From contig BAAGDD010007416.1 of assembly GCA_054660715.1 (NCBI GenBank), forward strand, positions 129,001 to 161,000: a stretch of DNA of 32,000 bases. The letters are read 5' to 3'. Origin of the DNA: Chrysotila carterae (lineage: Eukaryota). The stretch's first letter is position 1, and the number at the start of each line of letters is the position of its first letter. The position numbers and the translations under genes were made by a program. Positions 1 through 10,335 of the stretch are shown here, in pieces. The notes beneath the pieces were generated by a model. That model searched no databases. It had not been told where the DNA came from and saw only the letters and a program-made list of their open reading frames with translations.

Positions 1-1
1 C

Positions 2-934
2 GAGGAGCAAGTGTGTACAGTGAGCTATCGGCGTCGTAGGTTTGAATGGAGTGCACCTGTGCAGCTGCTGCTGCCTGCCGATACGACGCTTTCGACCGAC
101 CCCGAGGTGCAGGAGTTCCGTCTGACTGCAACGGACTGGCTGCGTGCGCTCGTTGCCGATCACGTGTTTCAGGGCCAGGTGGTCGTACCTGCGGCAGCAT
201 ACATGGAGATGGCGCGTGGTACGTGCCACGGAGATGACGGCACGAGCAGTGCAAGGGCCGCAATACGCGCCCGGCTTGAGCACGTCCACTTTCTGCAGCC
301 GCTCGTGTTGCGTCAAGAAGCAACCGTAGCGATTGAATGCAGGCTAAAGATGTCCAGTTCGCGCTTTGAGGTGCAGAGCTACGAGCTACAGTCCGATGCT
401 GCGGTTGAGCCCGTCCTGCACTTTGCATCGAGCTGCTTGCAACGAGGAGCCGACGAGTGTGGCCGTTTGCCGCCATCACTTTGCGCACTCATTGCCTGCT
501 CGTCCGAGCTGGCCGATCCCTCCTTGCTCTACGCTGCTTTTCGGCGCGCCAAGCTTGAGTATGGCCCCGCGTACCGCACGCTTGCGACGGTATGGACCTC
601 AGCTGGCGGAGCGGTTGCTTTTGCGCTTGGTCGACTTGCCAAGCGGCGCGGGTCGAGCGAGATGCAGCGGCAGCTTGCCAACGTGGACGGCACGCTTCAG
701 CTGCCAATGGTGCTGACGAGCAGGCAGTCGACTTCGGCTGGCACGTGGTTGCCGTTTGCGATCGACCAGGCGGAGGTCTCGACCGCTACTCGGCCGCAGC
801 TATGGCCGGTGCGCTTGCCCTCGCTTTCGCCACGGCCTTGTGTTGCCGCACGATTTGCTGAGGAGAGCCAAGGGTGTGCCGTTTCCTTGTGCCTGATACG
901 GAGTGCTCGGTGCGAGAGACACAAAGAGTCTTGA
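2..934 (+). CDS. PKS exon end (partial, continues left): dehydratase (DH) domain of the preceding module, array copy 'a'
   Basis: Open frame from position 2 to a TGA at 932-934. Translation contains DHVFQGQVVVPAAAYMEMA (DH HxxxGxxxxP motif) and VDGTLQLPMVL...LPFAIDQAEV (second DH half, DxxxQ). Near-identical to 5171-6103, 10337-11269 and 15502-16434. The last codons may be intronic. Confidence 0.85.
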   Translation, partial: EEQVCTVSYRRRRFEWSAPVQLLLPADTTLSTDPEVQEFRLTATDWLRALVADHVFQGQVVVPAAAYMEMARGTCHGDDGTSSARAAIRARLEHVHFLQPLVLRQEATVAIECRLKMSSSRFEVQSYELQSDAAVEPVLHFASSCLQRGADECGRLPPSLCALIACSSELADPSLLYAAFRRAKLEYGPAYRTLATVWTSAGGAVAFALGRLAKRRGSSEMQRQLANVDGTLQLPMVLTSRQSTSAGTWLPFAIDQAEVSTATRPQLWPVRLPSLSPRPCVAARFAEESQGCAVSLCLIRSARCERHKES

Positions 935-1006
935 CGCAACAGAGCATTTAGGCACAGCTCAGTAGATTTTCACAACACAGGAGGCATTGCGTGTTTGTGA
1001 GCCGCG

Positions 1007-1103
1007 GTGAGTCTGTGCGTACGTTTTTCTGTGTGTAAGTTTAGTTTCTGAGCTCATTGTGCGGGTGTGCGCAGTGTGTCGAGTGTATTTTCTTTGCTTG
1101 CAG
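1007..1103 (+). other. Intron-like segment in the intermodular spacer (exact splicing unresolved)
   Basis: GCCGCG|GTGAGT ... TTTTCTTTGCTTGCAG|CC. Conserved at 6176-6272, 11342-11437 and 16507-16603. The flanking DH homology is interrupted. A TAG at 1115-1117, in the downstream PKS frame, means this pair alone does not restore the frame. Confidence 0.45.
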
Positions 1104-1138
1104 CCTCGACATGCTAGTGTGTCAACGAATGCGTATGC

Positions 1139-4100
1139 TTGGCGGGTCCGCAGGTTGCGACAGCAGACGGACCTCATTCATTCAGGCTTGGGCTGGTTCA
1201 GGAGTTCAACGACACACAGGAGTACGTGGTGATGCTCAACGGTTTCAGGAGCCGGCCAGCTAGACCGGCGGCCGAGGCGACGTTGCGGCATGTGTACGTC
1301 GTCAACTGGGAAGAGCTTGATGTGCCTTCCGCTCCGGAGACGTCCTTCCAAATGGTGTTGATCGACTACGGCCCGAGGCGTCACGGCGGGTTCGAGAGCA
1401 CTGTTCTGGCACCATTCACACCGCCGCAAGCGCCACGAGCACTCGTCATAGCTCTCGGCGCACACGGCGACTCTGGAGACGGCGCGCTTCCTGCTGTTGC
1501 TGCGCTGCTCAATCTGGCACGCGCTGTTCAGGCAGCAGGAAGTGCGCCGCTCACTTTGCACCTCGTGACCGACGGAGCGCTTTCGGCAAGACCTTGCCAT
1601 GCTGGTGGATGGGGAGTGATGCGCTCTCTCCGGCAAGAGGTGCCGCTCTCTTTGCCCGGCATGTGCGCAGATGTAGATGGCTTGTGCGCGCTGCGTGGCA
1701 GCCAGCGCGTTTCTCAGCTTGGTGTGTTGTTGGCAGCCGCGTCTGTCGGCCGAACAGAGCCAGAGCTGCTGATTCGTCGCAGCAGTGTTCGCGGCGCGCG
1801 TCTCGCGCCCGCTCGCGCTTCACTTGCAGGCCCAATCAAAGCCTTCATGAGCGGCCGAGGCACGCTAGATCACTTGCACGTTGATGCACATCAGTTGGCC
1901 ACGAACGTGCCGCCCGATGGCGAGTATGCAGTCGTACGCGTGCGCGCTGTCGGTCTCAACTTCCGCGATGTGTTGAATGTGCTCGGCGCGTATCCGGGTG
2001 ATCCTGGCGAGCCTGGGGCCGACTTTGCCGGCGTGGAAGGAGACGAAGGAAGCGCCGTCTTTGGTATCGCACAGGCAGCGCTCGCGTCGGTTGCATACGC
2101 TCGACGTTGGTTACTTGCGCCAAAGGATACCACTGTGCCGTTTGAAGGCGCGTGCACACTGCCAACGACCTGGTGTACGGCGCACGCTGCGTTGGCGGGT
2201 GCGCGCGCCGCAGCTGCGCAGCGGGCGCTGTTGCATGCGGGAGCAGGCGGCGTCGGACTCGCCTCGATCTCCTACGCGTTGTGGGCGCACATGGAGGTCC
2301 GTGCGAGTGCGGGCAAACCGTGCAAGCACTGGTGGGTTCGGATGGCAGGCGTCAAGGTGAGCTTCAGCTCGCGTGACGGCGGCGTTTTCACGTTTGGCGC
2401 CGCGACGAGTGGGTGTGGCCACCGGCTGCGGTTGGTGCTCAACAGCTTATCTCACGACTTGATGGTGGCTTCCCATGCTTTGCTGGCGGAAGGCGGCTGC
2501 TTCGTCGAGATTGGCAAGCGCGGCGTGTGGAGTCCGATGCAGCTGACGGCGGCGCAGCCGTGTACTATGTTCTCGTTGCTTGCGCTCGACGAGATGATAG
2601 AGCACGAGCCGGACTGGATGCGCCAATCGCTGCGTTTGCTCTCATCTCGCATGGCATCGCGCACTGTCCGTGCGCTGCCGTTGCTGAGCTGTTGCATGGA
2701 GACCGAGCTCGTTGCGGCGTTTCGCTGCTTGCAGAGCGGTCGCAACGTGGGTAAGGTAGTCGTGCGTGTGCCGTGGCTGCGCGCGTCACCAAGCAGCATG
2801 TGTGGTGGGGCACAGCTGCTTTCCGGCGGCACTGGCTCGCTTGGCTTGCTTGCGGCTCGCTGGCTTGTGCAGCACGGCTCGGGTCGGGTGGTTTTGGCGT
2901 CGCGCAAGGTGGCGCGCGAGCCGTTGGAGTTGGGCGATCCTAGCGCCGAGGTATTCGTCGCCTGTGCAGATATGAGGCAGCACGCTGATGTTCGCCGGTT
3001 GATTGCGAGCATGTGCTGTGAGCCGGCGCAGCCGCTGCGAGGCGTGTGGCATGCGGCTGGTGTGCTTGCAGACGGGCTGCTTACGCAGCAGAGTGCACAG
3101 AGCGTGCGCCGTGTATACGCGCCCAAGGCACACGGCGCGTGGCACGTGCACGAAGCGTGCAGTGGCAGCCCGCTCTCGGCGTGCGTGCTCTTCTCGTCGG
3201 TGGCGGCGCTGTTGGGTGGCGCAGGGCAGGCAAACTACAGTGCGGCGAGCTGCTGTCTGGACGCTCTCGCGTCGCATCGGCACGCGTGCGGCGCGGCGGC
3301 GGTGAGCGTGCAGTGGGGTCCGTGGGCGGAGGTTGGCATGGCGTCTGGCAGCGCTGTTCGTACTCGCCTGCAAGCTGCGGGCATCAGTCTGATCACGAGT
3401 GCGCAGGGTGTACGCGTGTTTGCGCTCGCGCTTCAGCCAATCGCGCCGTCTGTGTTTGCGGTCTTGCCGGTGCGTTGGAGTCGTTTCTTGTCTGGTTCGG
3501 CTGTTTCGGGTGGCTTCTTCCGCGCGTTTGCGTCTCACAGGGCTGCGAGGCTACCGGGCGTGCAAGACGCATCTGTTGGAGCGAGTGCGATCAGCAGTGA
3601 GGCCGTGCTCGAGCTTGTTCGCCGAGTTGCTGGCACAGAGGTCGACGTGGATGCGCCACTGCTTGAAGCGGGTCTCGACTCGCTCGGTGCTGTCGAGCTG
3701 CGCAACCAGCTTGCGGCGCTCATCGGTGGCAGTGGCGGCTTTTTGCCGAGCACGCTGGTGTTTGACCATCCGACAGCGCGTCAGCTTTCAGCATACCTTT
3801 CGGGCAGTGGCTCATCTGGCGTGCGTGCTTCGGACGTTGGCGCGTCGATTGGCGATGGTGTTTCGCATCGCCGTTGGCGCATTTCGGGTCTAAGTGCAAT
3901 GCTTCCGTCTGGGCCATGCAGCGTCGCTTCAGCATGGGAGCTGATGTCGAGCGGCGCTGACGCCGTGACGGAAGTGCCGGTTGAGCGCTGGCTGCTTGAC
4001 GATGGGAGCGAGACGGCTTTGGATGCGCTCGTTGCGAAGCGAGTCCGGTACGGCGGGTTTGTGTGTGGGGCTGAGCTGTTCGACGGCGAGCATTTCGGCG

Positions 4101-6103
4101 TCTCGCCGGCGGAGGCGAGCGCGATGGACCCTCAGCAACGGCTGCTGCTCGAGCAGGGTTACAACGCGCTGTACGGCGCTTCATTCGACCGCGCGTCGCT
4201 GCTGGGCAGTCTGGTGGGCGTGTTTGTGGGCATTGGCGCGAGCGACTACGCGCAGCTGCTGCAACGCGCAGGCGGGGCGAGCTCTGTGTACGCTGCGACG
4301 GGCAGCGCGCACTCGATTGCGTCTGGTCGTCTGTCGTACGTGCTCGGTCTGCACGGTCCGTGCGTGTCGTACGACACTTCGTGCTCGGCAGCGCTCGTGG
4401 CGGCGCACGCCGGTCTGCGAGCGTTGCAGCTGGGCGAGTGCAGCACGGGCCTGGTTGCGGCGGTGAATTTGATGCTTGTTTCAAGCGTCAGCTGGAGCTT
4501 CGCCATCGCTGGGATGACATCTGCGCTCGGGCGTAGCCACACCTTCGACGCGCGCGCTGACGGCTACGCTCGCGCTGAGGCTGCCGGGGCTGCTGCACTT
4601 GGTGAAGATGCCAGTTCTGATGATGCTTCAGAGTCGAGACTTGTCTTCTGCGGTAGCAGCGTTCGGCAGGACGGGCGGAGCGCGAGCCTCACCGCACCAA
4701 ACGGCCAGGCACAACGCTCGCTGCTTGCGGCTTCAATGGCAGACGCCTCTGTCTCGCGAGACGAACTTGGTTGTGCCGAAGCACACGGCACGGGCACGGC
4801 ACTGGGCGACCCGATTGAGGCGCGCTCGCTCGCGCTTGCGGTGCTCGTGTCACGCGCTTCGTCGTATGCCGTTGCTCTCTGCGGGGTCAAGTCGACATGC
4901 GGGCATGCAGAGCCTGCTGCGGGCTTGGTCGGCTTGCTGCAGCTCTCGTTGGTGCTCCGGCGGCATGTGGCAGCACCGAACGCACAGCTGCGCGTGCTCA
5001 ACCCGCATGTAGCTGATGCGCTACCGCAGCAGACGTGCGTGATGCTCGCGGTGCAGCCGTGCTCTTCGTCGTCCGTCGGTCCGCCGCTCATTGGTGGAGT
5101 CAGCTCGTTTGGGTACAACGGCACGATTGCGCACGCGATGCTGCGCTGTGAGGCTCGTTCGCCAGACAACGAGGAGCAAGTGTGTACAGTGAGCTATCGG
5201 CGTCGTAGGTTTGGGTGGAGTGCACCTGTGCAGCTGCTGCTGCCTGCCGATACGACGCTTTCGACCGACCCCGAGGTGCAGGAGTTCCGTCTGACTGCAA
5301 CGGACTGGCTGCGTGCGCTCGTTGCCGATCACGTGTTTCAGGGCCAGGTGGTCGTACCTGCGGCAGCATACATGGAGATGGCGCGTGGTACGTGCCACGG
5401 AGATGACGGCACGAGCAGTGCAAGGGCCGCAATACGCGCACGGCTTGAGCACGCCCACTTTCTGCAGCCGCTCGTGTTGCGTCAAGATGCAACCGTAGCG
5501 ATTGAATGCAGGCTAAAGATGTCCAGCTCGCGCTTTGAGGTGCAGAGCTACGAGCTACAGTCCGATGCTGCGGTTGAGCCCGTCCTGCACTTTGCATCGA
5601 GCTGCTTGCAACGAGGAGCCGACGAGTGTGGCCGTTTGCCGCCATCACTTTGCGCACTCATTGCCTGCTCGTCCGAGCTGGCCGATCCCTCCTTGCTCTA
5701 CGCTGCTTTTCGGCGCGCCAAGCTTGAGTATGGCCCCGCGTACCGCACGCTTGCGACGGTATGGACCTCTGCTGGCGGAGCGGTTGCTTTTGCGCTTGGT
5801 CGACTTGCTAAGCGGCGCGGGTCGAGCGAGATGCAGCGGCAGCTTGCCAACGTGGACGGCACGCTTCAGCTGCCAATGGTGCTGGCGAGCAGGCAGTCGA
5901 CTTCGGCTGGCACGTGGTTGCCGTTTGCGATCGACCAGGCGGAGGTCTCGACCGCTACTCGGCCGCAGCTATGGCCGGTGCGCTTGCCCTCGTTTTCGCC
6001 ACGGCCTTGTGTTGCCGCACGATTTGCTGAGGAGAGCCAAGGGTGTGCCGTTTCCTTGTGCCTGACACGGAGTGCTCGGTGCGAGAGACACAAAGAGTCT
6101 TGA
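1139..6103 (+). CDS. Large PKS exon, module 1: DH C-terminal end, KR structural subdomain, ER, KR, ACP, KS, most of next DH
   Basis: 1654-aa continuous ORF. ER: VRAVGLNFRDVLNVLGAYPG and LLHAGAGGVGLASI. KR: LLSGGTGSLGLLAARWLV, HAAGVLADGLL, FSSVAALLGGAGQANYSAA. ACP: LLEAGLDSLGAVELRNQL. KS: YDTSCSAALVAAH, EAHGTGTALGDPIEA, GVKSTCGHAEPAAG. The exact 5' exon edge is uncertain. Confidence 0.93.
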   Translation: MAGPQVATADGPHSFRLGLVQEFNDTQEYVVMLNGFRSRPARPAAEATLRHVYVVNWEELDVPSAPETSFQMVLIDYGPRRHGGFESTVLAPFTPPQAPRALVIALGAHGDSGDGALPAVAALLNLARAVQAAGSAPLTLHLVTDGALSARPCHAGGWGVMRSLRQEVPLSLPGMCADVDGLCALRGSQRVSQLGVLLAAASVGRTEPELLIRRSSVRGARLAPARASLAGPIKAFMSGRGTLDHLHVDAHQLATNVPPDGEYAVVRVRAVGLNFRDVLNVLGAYPGDPGEPGADFAGVEGDEGSAVFGIAQAALASVAYARRWLLAPKDTTVPFEGACTLPTTWCTAHAALAGARAAAAQRALLHAGAGGVGLASISYALWAHMEVRASAGKPCKHWWVRMAGVKVSFSSRDGGVFTFGAATSGCGHRLRLVLNSLSHDLMVASHALLAEGGCFVEIGKRGVWSPMQLTAAQPCTMFSLLALDEMIEHEPDWMRQSLRLLSSRMASRTVRALPLLSCCMETELVAAFRCLQSGRNVGKVVVRVPWLRASPSSMCGGAQLLSGGTGSLGLLAARWLVQHGSGRVVLASRKVAREPLELGDPSAEVFVACADMRQHADVRRLIASMCCEPAQPLRGVWHAAGVLADGLLTQQSAQSVRRVYAPKAHGAWHVHEACSGSPLSACVLFSSVAALLGGAGQANYSAASCCLDALASHRHACGAAAVSVQWGPWAEVGMASGSAVRTRLQAAGISLITSAQGVRVFALALQPIAPSVFAVLPVRWSRFLSGSAVSGGFFRAFASHRAARLPGVQDASVGASAISSEAVLELVRRVAGTEVDVDAPLLEAGLDSLGAVELRNQLAALIGGSGGFLPSTLVFDHPTARQLSAYLSGSGSSGVRASDVGASIGDGVSHRRWRISGLSAMLPSGPCSVASAWELMSSGADAVTEVPVERWLLDDGSETALDALVAKRVRYGGFVCGAELFDGEHFGVSPAEASAMDPQQRLLLEQGYNALYGASFDRASLLGSLVGVFVGIGASDYAQLLQRAGGASSVYAATGSAHSIASGRLSYVLGLHGPCVSYDTSCSAALVAAHAGLRALQLGECSTGLVAAVNLMLVSSVSWSFAIAGMTSALGRSHTFDARADGYARAEAAGAAALGEDASSDDASESRLVFCGSSVRQDGRSASLTAPNGQAQRSLLAASMADASVSRDELGCAEAHGTGTALGDPIEARSLALAVLVSRASSYAVALCGVKSTCGHAEPAAGLVGLLQLSLVLRRHVAAPNAQLRVLNPHVADALPQQTCVMLAVQPCSSSSVGPPLIGGVSSFGYNGTIAHAMLRCEARSPDNEEQVCTVSYRRRRFGWSAPVQLLLPADTTLSTDPEVQEFRLTATDWLRALVADHVFQGQVVVPAAAYMEMARGTCHGDDGTSSARAAIRARLEHAHFLQPLVLRQDATVAIECRLKMSSSRFEVQSYELQSDAAVEPVLHFASSCLQRGADECGRLPPSLCALIACSSELADPSLLYAAFRRAKLEYGPAYRTLATVWTSAGGAVAFALGRLAKRRGSSEMQRQLANVDGTLQLPMVLASRQSTSAGTWLPFAIDQAEVSTATRPQLWPVRLPSFSPRPCVAARFAEESQGCAVSLCLTRSARCERHKES
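1840..2790 (+). other. Enoylreductase (ER) domain, module 1 (approximate bounds; repeated in modules 2-4)
   Basis: AVGLNFRDVLNVLGAYPGDPGEPGADFAGV, LPTTWCTAHAALAGA, LLHAGAGGVGLASI, SHDLMVASHALLAEGGCFVEIGKRG. Confidence 0.85.
2800..3500 (+). other. Ketoreductase (KR) catalytic domain, module 1 (approximate bounds; repeated in modules 2-4)
   Basis: GGTGSLG Rossmann motif. The SS...Y motif is FSSVAALLGGAGQANYSAASCCLDALA. VSVQWGPWAEVGMA. Confidence 0.9.
3594..3800 (+). other. Acyl carrier protein (ACP) domain, module 1
   Basis: LLEAGLDSLGAVELRNQLAALI...LPSTLVFDHPTARQLSAYL. The phosphopantetheine Ser lies in LDSL. Confidence 0.92.
3868..5165 (+). other. Ketosynthase (KS) domain, module 1 (repeated in modules 2 and 3)
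   Basis: WRISGLSAMLPSG; YDTSCSAALVAAH (active Cys); EAHGTGTALGDPIEA (His); STCGHAEPAAG (His). Confidence 0.92.
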
Positions 6104-9100
6104 CGCAACAGAGCATTTAGGCACAGCTCAGTAGATTTTCACAACACAGGAGGCATTGCGTGTTTGTGAGCCGCGGTGAGTCTGTGCGTACGTTTTTCTG
6201 TGTGTAAGTTTAGTTTCTGAGCTCATTGTGCGGGTGTGCGCAGTGTGTCGAGTGTATTTTCTTTGCTTGCAGCCTCGACGTGCTAGTGTGTCAACGAGTG
6301 CGTGTGCTTGGCGGATCCGCAGGTTGCGACAGCAGACGGACCTCATTCATTCAAGCTTTGGCTGGTTCAGGAGTTCAACGACACACAGGAGTACGTGGTG
6401 ATGCTCAACGGTTTCAGGAGCCGGCCAGCTAGACCGGCGGCCGAGGCGACGTTGCGGCATGTGTACGTCGTCAACTGGGAAGAGCTTGATGTGCTTTCCG
6501 CTCCGGAGACGTCCTTCCAAATGGTGTTGATCGACTACGGCCCGAGGCGTCACGGCGGGTTCGAGAGCACTGTTCTGGCACCATTCACACCGCAAGCGCC
6601 ACGAGCACTCGTCATAGCTCTCGGCGCACACGGCGACTCTGGAGACGGCGCGCTTCCTGCTGTTGCTGCGCTGCTCAATCTGGCACGCGCTGTTCAGGCA
6701 GCAGGAAGTGCGCCGCTCACTTTGCACCTCGTGACCGACGGAGCGCTTTCGGCAAGACCTTGCCATGCTGGTGGATGGGGAGTGATGCGCTCTCTCCGGC
6801 AAGAGGTGCCGCTCTCTTTGCCCGGCATGTGCGCAGATGTAGATGGCTTGTGCGCGCTGCGTGGCAGCCAGCGCGTTTCTCAGCTTGGTGTGTTGTTGGC
6901 AGCCGCGTCTGTCGGCCGAACAGAGCCAGAGCTGCTGATTCGTCGCAGCAGTGTTCGCGGCGCGCGTCTCGCGCCCGCTCGCGCTTCACTTGCAGGCCCA
7001 ATCAAAGCCTTCATGAGCGGCCGAGGCACGCTAGATCACTTGCACGTTGATGCACATCAGTTGGCCACGAACGTGCCGCCCGATGGCGAGTATGCAGTCG
7101 TACGCGTGCGCGCTGTCGGTCTCAACTTCCGCGATGTGTTGAATGTGCTCGGCGCGTATCCGGGTGATCCTGGCGAGCCTGGGGCCGACTTTGCCGGCGT
7201 GGAAGGAGACGAAGGAAGCGCCGTCTTTGGTATCGCACAGGCAGCGCTCGCGTCGGTTGCATACGCTCGACGTTGGTTACTTGCGCCAAAGGATACCACT
7301 GTGCCGTTTGAAGGCGCGTGCACACTGCCAACGACCTGGTGTACGGCGCACGCTGCGTTGGCGGGTGCGCGCGCCGCAGCTGCGCAGCGGGCGCTGTTGC
7401 ATGCGGGAGCAGGCGGCGTCGGACTCGCCTCGATCTCCTACGCGTTGTGGGCGCACATGGAGGTCTGTGCGAGTGCGGGCAAACCGTGCAAGCACTGGTG
7501 GGTTCGGATGGCAGGCGTTAAGGTGAGCTTCAGCTCGCGTGACGGCGGCGTTTTCACGTTTGGCGCCGCGACGAGTGGGTGTGGCCACCGGCTGCGGTTG
7601 ATGCTCAACAGCTTATCTCACGACTTGATGGTGGCTTCTTATGCTTTGCTGGCGGAAGGCGGCTGCTTCGTCGAGATTGGCAAGCGCGGCGTGTGGAGTC
7701 CGATGCAGCTGACGGCGGCGCAGCCGTGTACTATCTTCTCGTTGCTTGCGCTCGATGAGATGATGGAGCACGAGCCGGACTGGGTGCGCCAATCGCTGCG
7801 TTTGCTCTCATCTCGCATGGCATCGCGCACTGTTCGTGCGCTGCCGTTGCTGAGCTATTGCATGGAGACCGAGCTCGTTGCGGCGTTTCGCTGCTTGCAG
7901 AGCGGTCGCAACGTGGGTAAGGTAGTCGTGCGTGTGCCGTGGCTGCGCGCGTCACCAAGCAACATGTGTGGTGGGGCACAGCTGCTTTCCGGCGGCACTG
8001 GCTCGCTTGGCTTGCTTGCGGCTCGCTGGCTTGTGCAGCACGGCTCGGGTTGGGTGGTTTTGGCTTCGCGCAAGGTGGCGTGCGAGCCGTTGGAGTTGGG
8101 CGATCCTAGCGCCGAGGTATTCGTCGCCTGTGCAGATATGAGGCAGCACGCTGATGTTCGCCGGTTGATTGCGAGCATGTGCTGTGAGCCGGCGCAGCCG
8201 CTGCGAGGCGTGTGGCATGCGGCTGGTGTGCTTGCAGACGGGCTGCTTACGCAGCAGAGTGCACAGAGCGTGCGCCGTGTATACGCGCCCAAGGCACACG
8301 GCGCGTGGCACGTGCACGAAGCGTGCAGTGGCAGCCCGCTCTCGGCGTGCGTGCTCTTCTCGTCGGTGGCGGCGCTGTTGGGTGGCGCAGGGCAGGCAAA
8401 CTACAGTGCGGCGAGCTGCTGTCTGGACGCTCTCGCGTCGCATCGGCACGCGTGCGGCGAGGCGGCGGTGAGCGTGCAGTGGGGTCCGTGGGCGGAGGTT
8501 GGCATGGCGTCTGGCAGCGCTGTCCGTACTCGCCTGCAAGCTGCGGGCATCAGTCTGATCACGAGTGCGCAGGGTGTACGCGTGTTTGCGCTCGCGCTTC
8601 AGCCAATCGCGCCGTCTGTGTTTGCGGTCTTGCCGGTGCGTTGGAGTCGTTTCTTGTCTGGTTCGGCTGTTTCGGGTGGCTTCTTCCGCGCGTTTGCGTC
8701 TCACAGGGCTGCGAGGCTACCGGGCGTGCAAGACGCATCTGTTGGTGCGAGTACGATCAGCAATGAGGCCGTGCTCGAGCTTGTTCGCCGAGTTGCTGGC
8801 ACAGAGGTCGACGTGGATGCGCCACTGCTTGAAGCGGGTCTCGACTCGCTCGGTGCTGTCGAGCTGCGCAACCAGCTTGCGGCGCTCATCGGTGGCAGTG
8901 GCGGCTTTTTGCCGAGCACGCTGGTGTTTGACCATCCGACAGCGCGTCAGCTTTCAGCATACCTTTCGGGCAGTGGCTTATCTGGCGTGCGTGCTTCGGA
9001 CGTTGGCGCGTCGATTGGCGACGGTGTTTCGCATCGCCGTTGGCGCATTTCGGGTCTAAGTGCAATGCTTCCGTCTGGGCCATGCAGCGTCGCTTCAGCA

Positions 9101-10335
9101 TGGGAGCTGATGTCGAGCGGCGCTGACGCCGTGACGGAAGTGCCGGTTGAGCGCTGGCTGCTTGACGATGGGAGCGAGACGGCTTTGGATGCGCTCGTTG
9201 CGAAGCGAGTCCGGTACGGCGGGTTTGTGTGTGGGGCTGAGCTGTTCGACGGCGAGCATTTCGGCGTCTCGCCGGCGGAGGCGAGCGCGATGGACCCTCA
9301 GCAACGGCTGCTGCTCGAGCAGGGTTACAACGCGCTGTACGGCGCTTCATTCGACCGTGCGTCGCTGCTGGGCAGTCTGGTGGGCGTGTTTGTGGGCATT
9401 GGCGCGAGCGACTACGCGCAGCTGCTGCAAAGCGCAGGCGGGGCGAGCTCTGTGTACGCTGCGACGGGCAGCGCGCACTCGATTGCGTCTGGTCGTCTGT
9501 CGTACGTGCTCGGTCTGCACGGTCCGTGCGTGTCGTACGACACTTCGTGCTCGGCAGCGCTCGTGGCGGCGCACGCCGGTCTGCGAGCGTTGCAGCTGGG
9601 CGAGTGCAGCACGGGCCTGGTTGCGGCGGTGAATTTGATGCTTGTTTCAAGCGTCAGCTGGAGCTTCGCCATCGCTGGGATGACATCTGCGCTCGGGCGT
9701 AGCCACACGTTCGACGCGCGCGCTGACGGCTACGCTCGCGCTGAGGCTGCCGGGGCTGCTGCACTTGGTGAAGATGCCAGTTCTGATGATGCTTCAGAGT
9801 CGAGACTTGTCTTCTGCGGTAGCAGCGTTCGGCAGGACGGGCGGAGCGCGAGCCTCACCGCACCAAACGGCCAGGCACAACGCTCGCTGCTTGCGGCTTC
9901 AATGGCAGACGCCTCTGTCTCGCGAGACGAGCTTGGTTGTGCCGAAGCACACGGCACGGGCACGGCACTGGGCGACCCGATTGAGGCGCGCTCGCTCGCG
10001 CTTGCGGTGCTCGTGTCACGCGCTTCGTCGTATGCCGTTGCTCTCTGCGGGGTCAAGTCGACATGCGGGCATGCAGAGCCTGCTGCGGGCTTGGTCGGCT
10101 TGCTGCAGCTCTCGTTGGTGCTCCGGCGGCATGTGGCAGCACCGAACGCACAGCTGCGCGTGCTCAACCCGCATGTAGCTGATGCGCTACCGCAGCAGAC
10201 GTGCGTGATGCTCGCGGTGCAGCCGTGCTCTTCGTCGTCCGTCGGTCCGCCGCTCATTGGTGGAGTCAGCTCGTTTGGGTACAACGGCACGATTGCGCAC
10301 GCGATGCTGCGCTGTGAGGCTCGTTCGCCAGACAA
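5170..10335 (+). repeat. PKS module tandem repeat, copy b (5166 nt)
   Basis: Direct alignment with copy a; 3-nt in-frame deletion at CCGCCGCAAG versus CCGCAAG. Confidence 0.95.
5180..6103 (+). other. Dehydratase (DH) domain immediately after KS with no intervening AT
   Basis: KS end VSSFGYNGTIAHAML is followed within ~35 aa by RRRFGWSAPVQLLLPADT...DHVFQGQVVVPAAAY. Repeats at 10346-11269 and 15511-16434. Confidence 0.85.

Larger units (their letters stand above)
1..5169 (+). repeat. PKS module tandem repeat, copy a (continues left of window)
   Basis: CGAGGAGCAAGTGTGTACAG recurs at 1, 5170, 10336 and 15501. Near-identical copies (roughly 98-99% by eye in the DH segment), period 5169 nt. Confidence 0.95.

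Noticed and set aside
1057-1263. Small plus-strand ORF recurring at each module boundary (1057-1263, 6226-6432, 11394-11597, 16557-16763)
   Set aside because: It overlaps the intron-like spacer and runs in a different frame from the PKS. Its recurrence is explained by the repeat, and no recognisable domain is present.
7952-8704. Long conserved antisense ORFs (e.g. 250 aa at 2786-3538, 7952-8704 and 13117-13869; 343 aa at 18283-19314; 254 aa at 3720-4484)
   Set aside because: They lie entirely antisense to well-supported KR, ACP and KS coding sequence. Their Arg/Ala/Pro/Ser-rich composition is typical of the shadow frame of high-GC genes. Their conservation simply follows the repeat.
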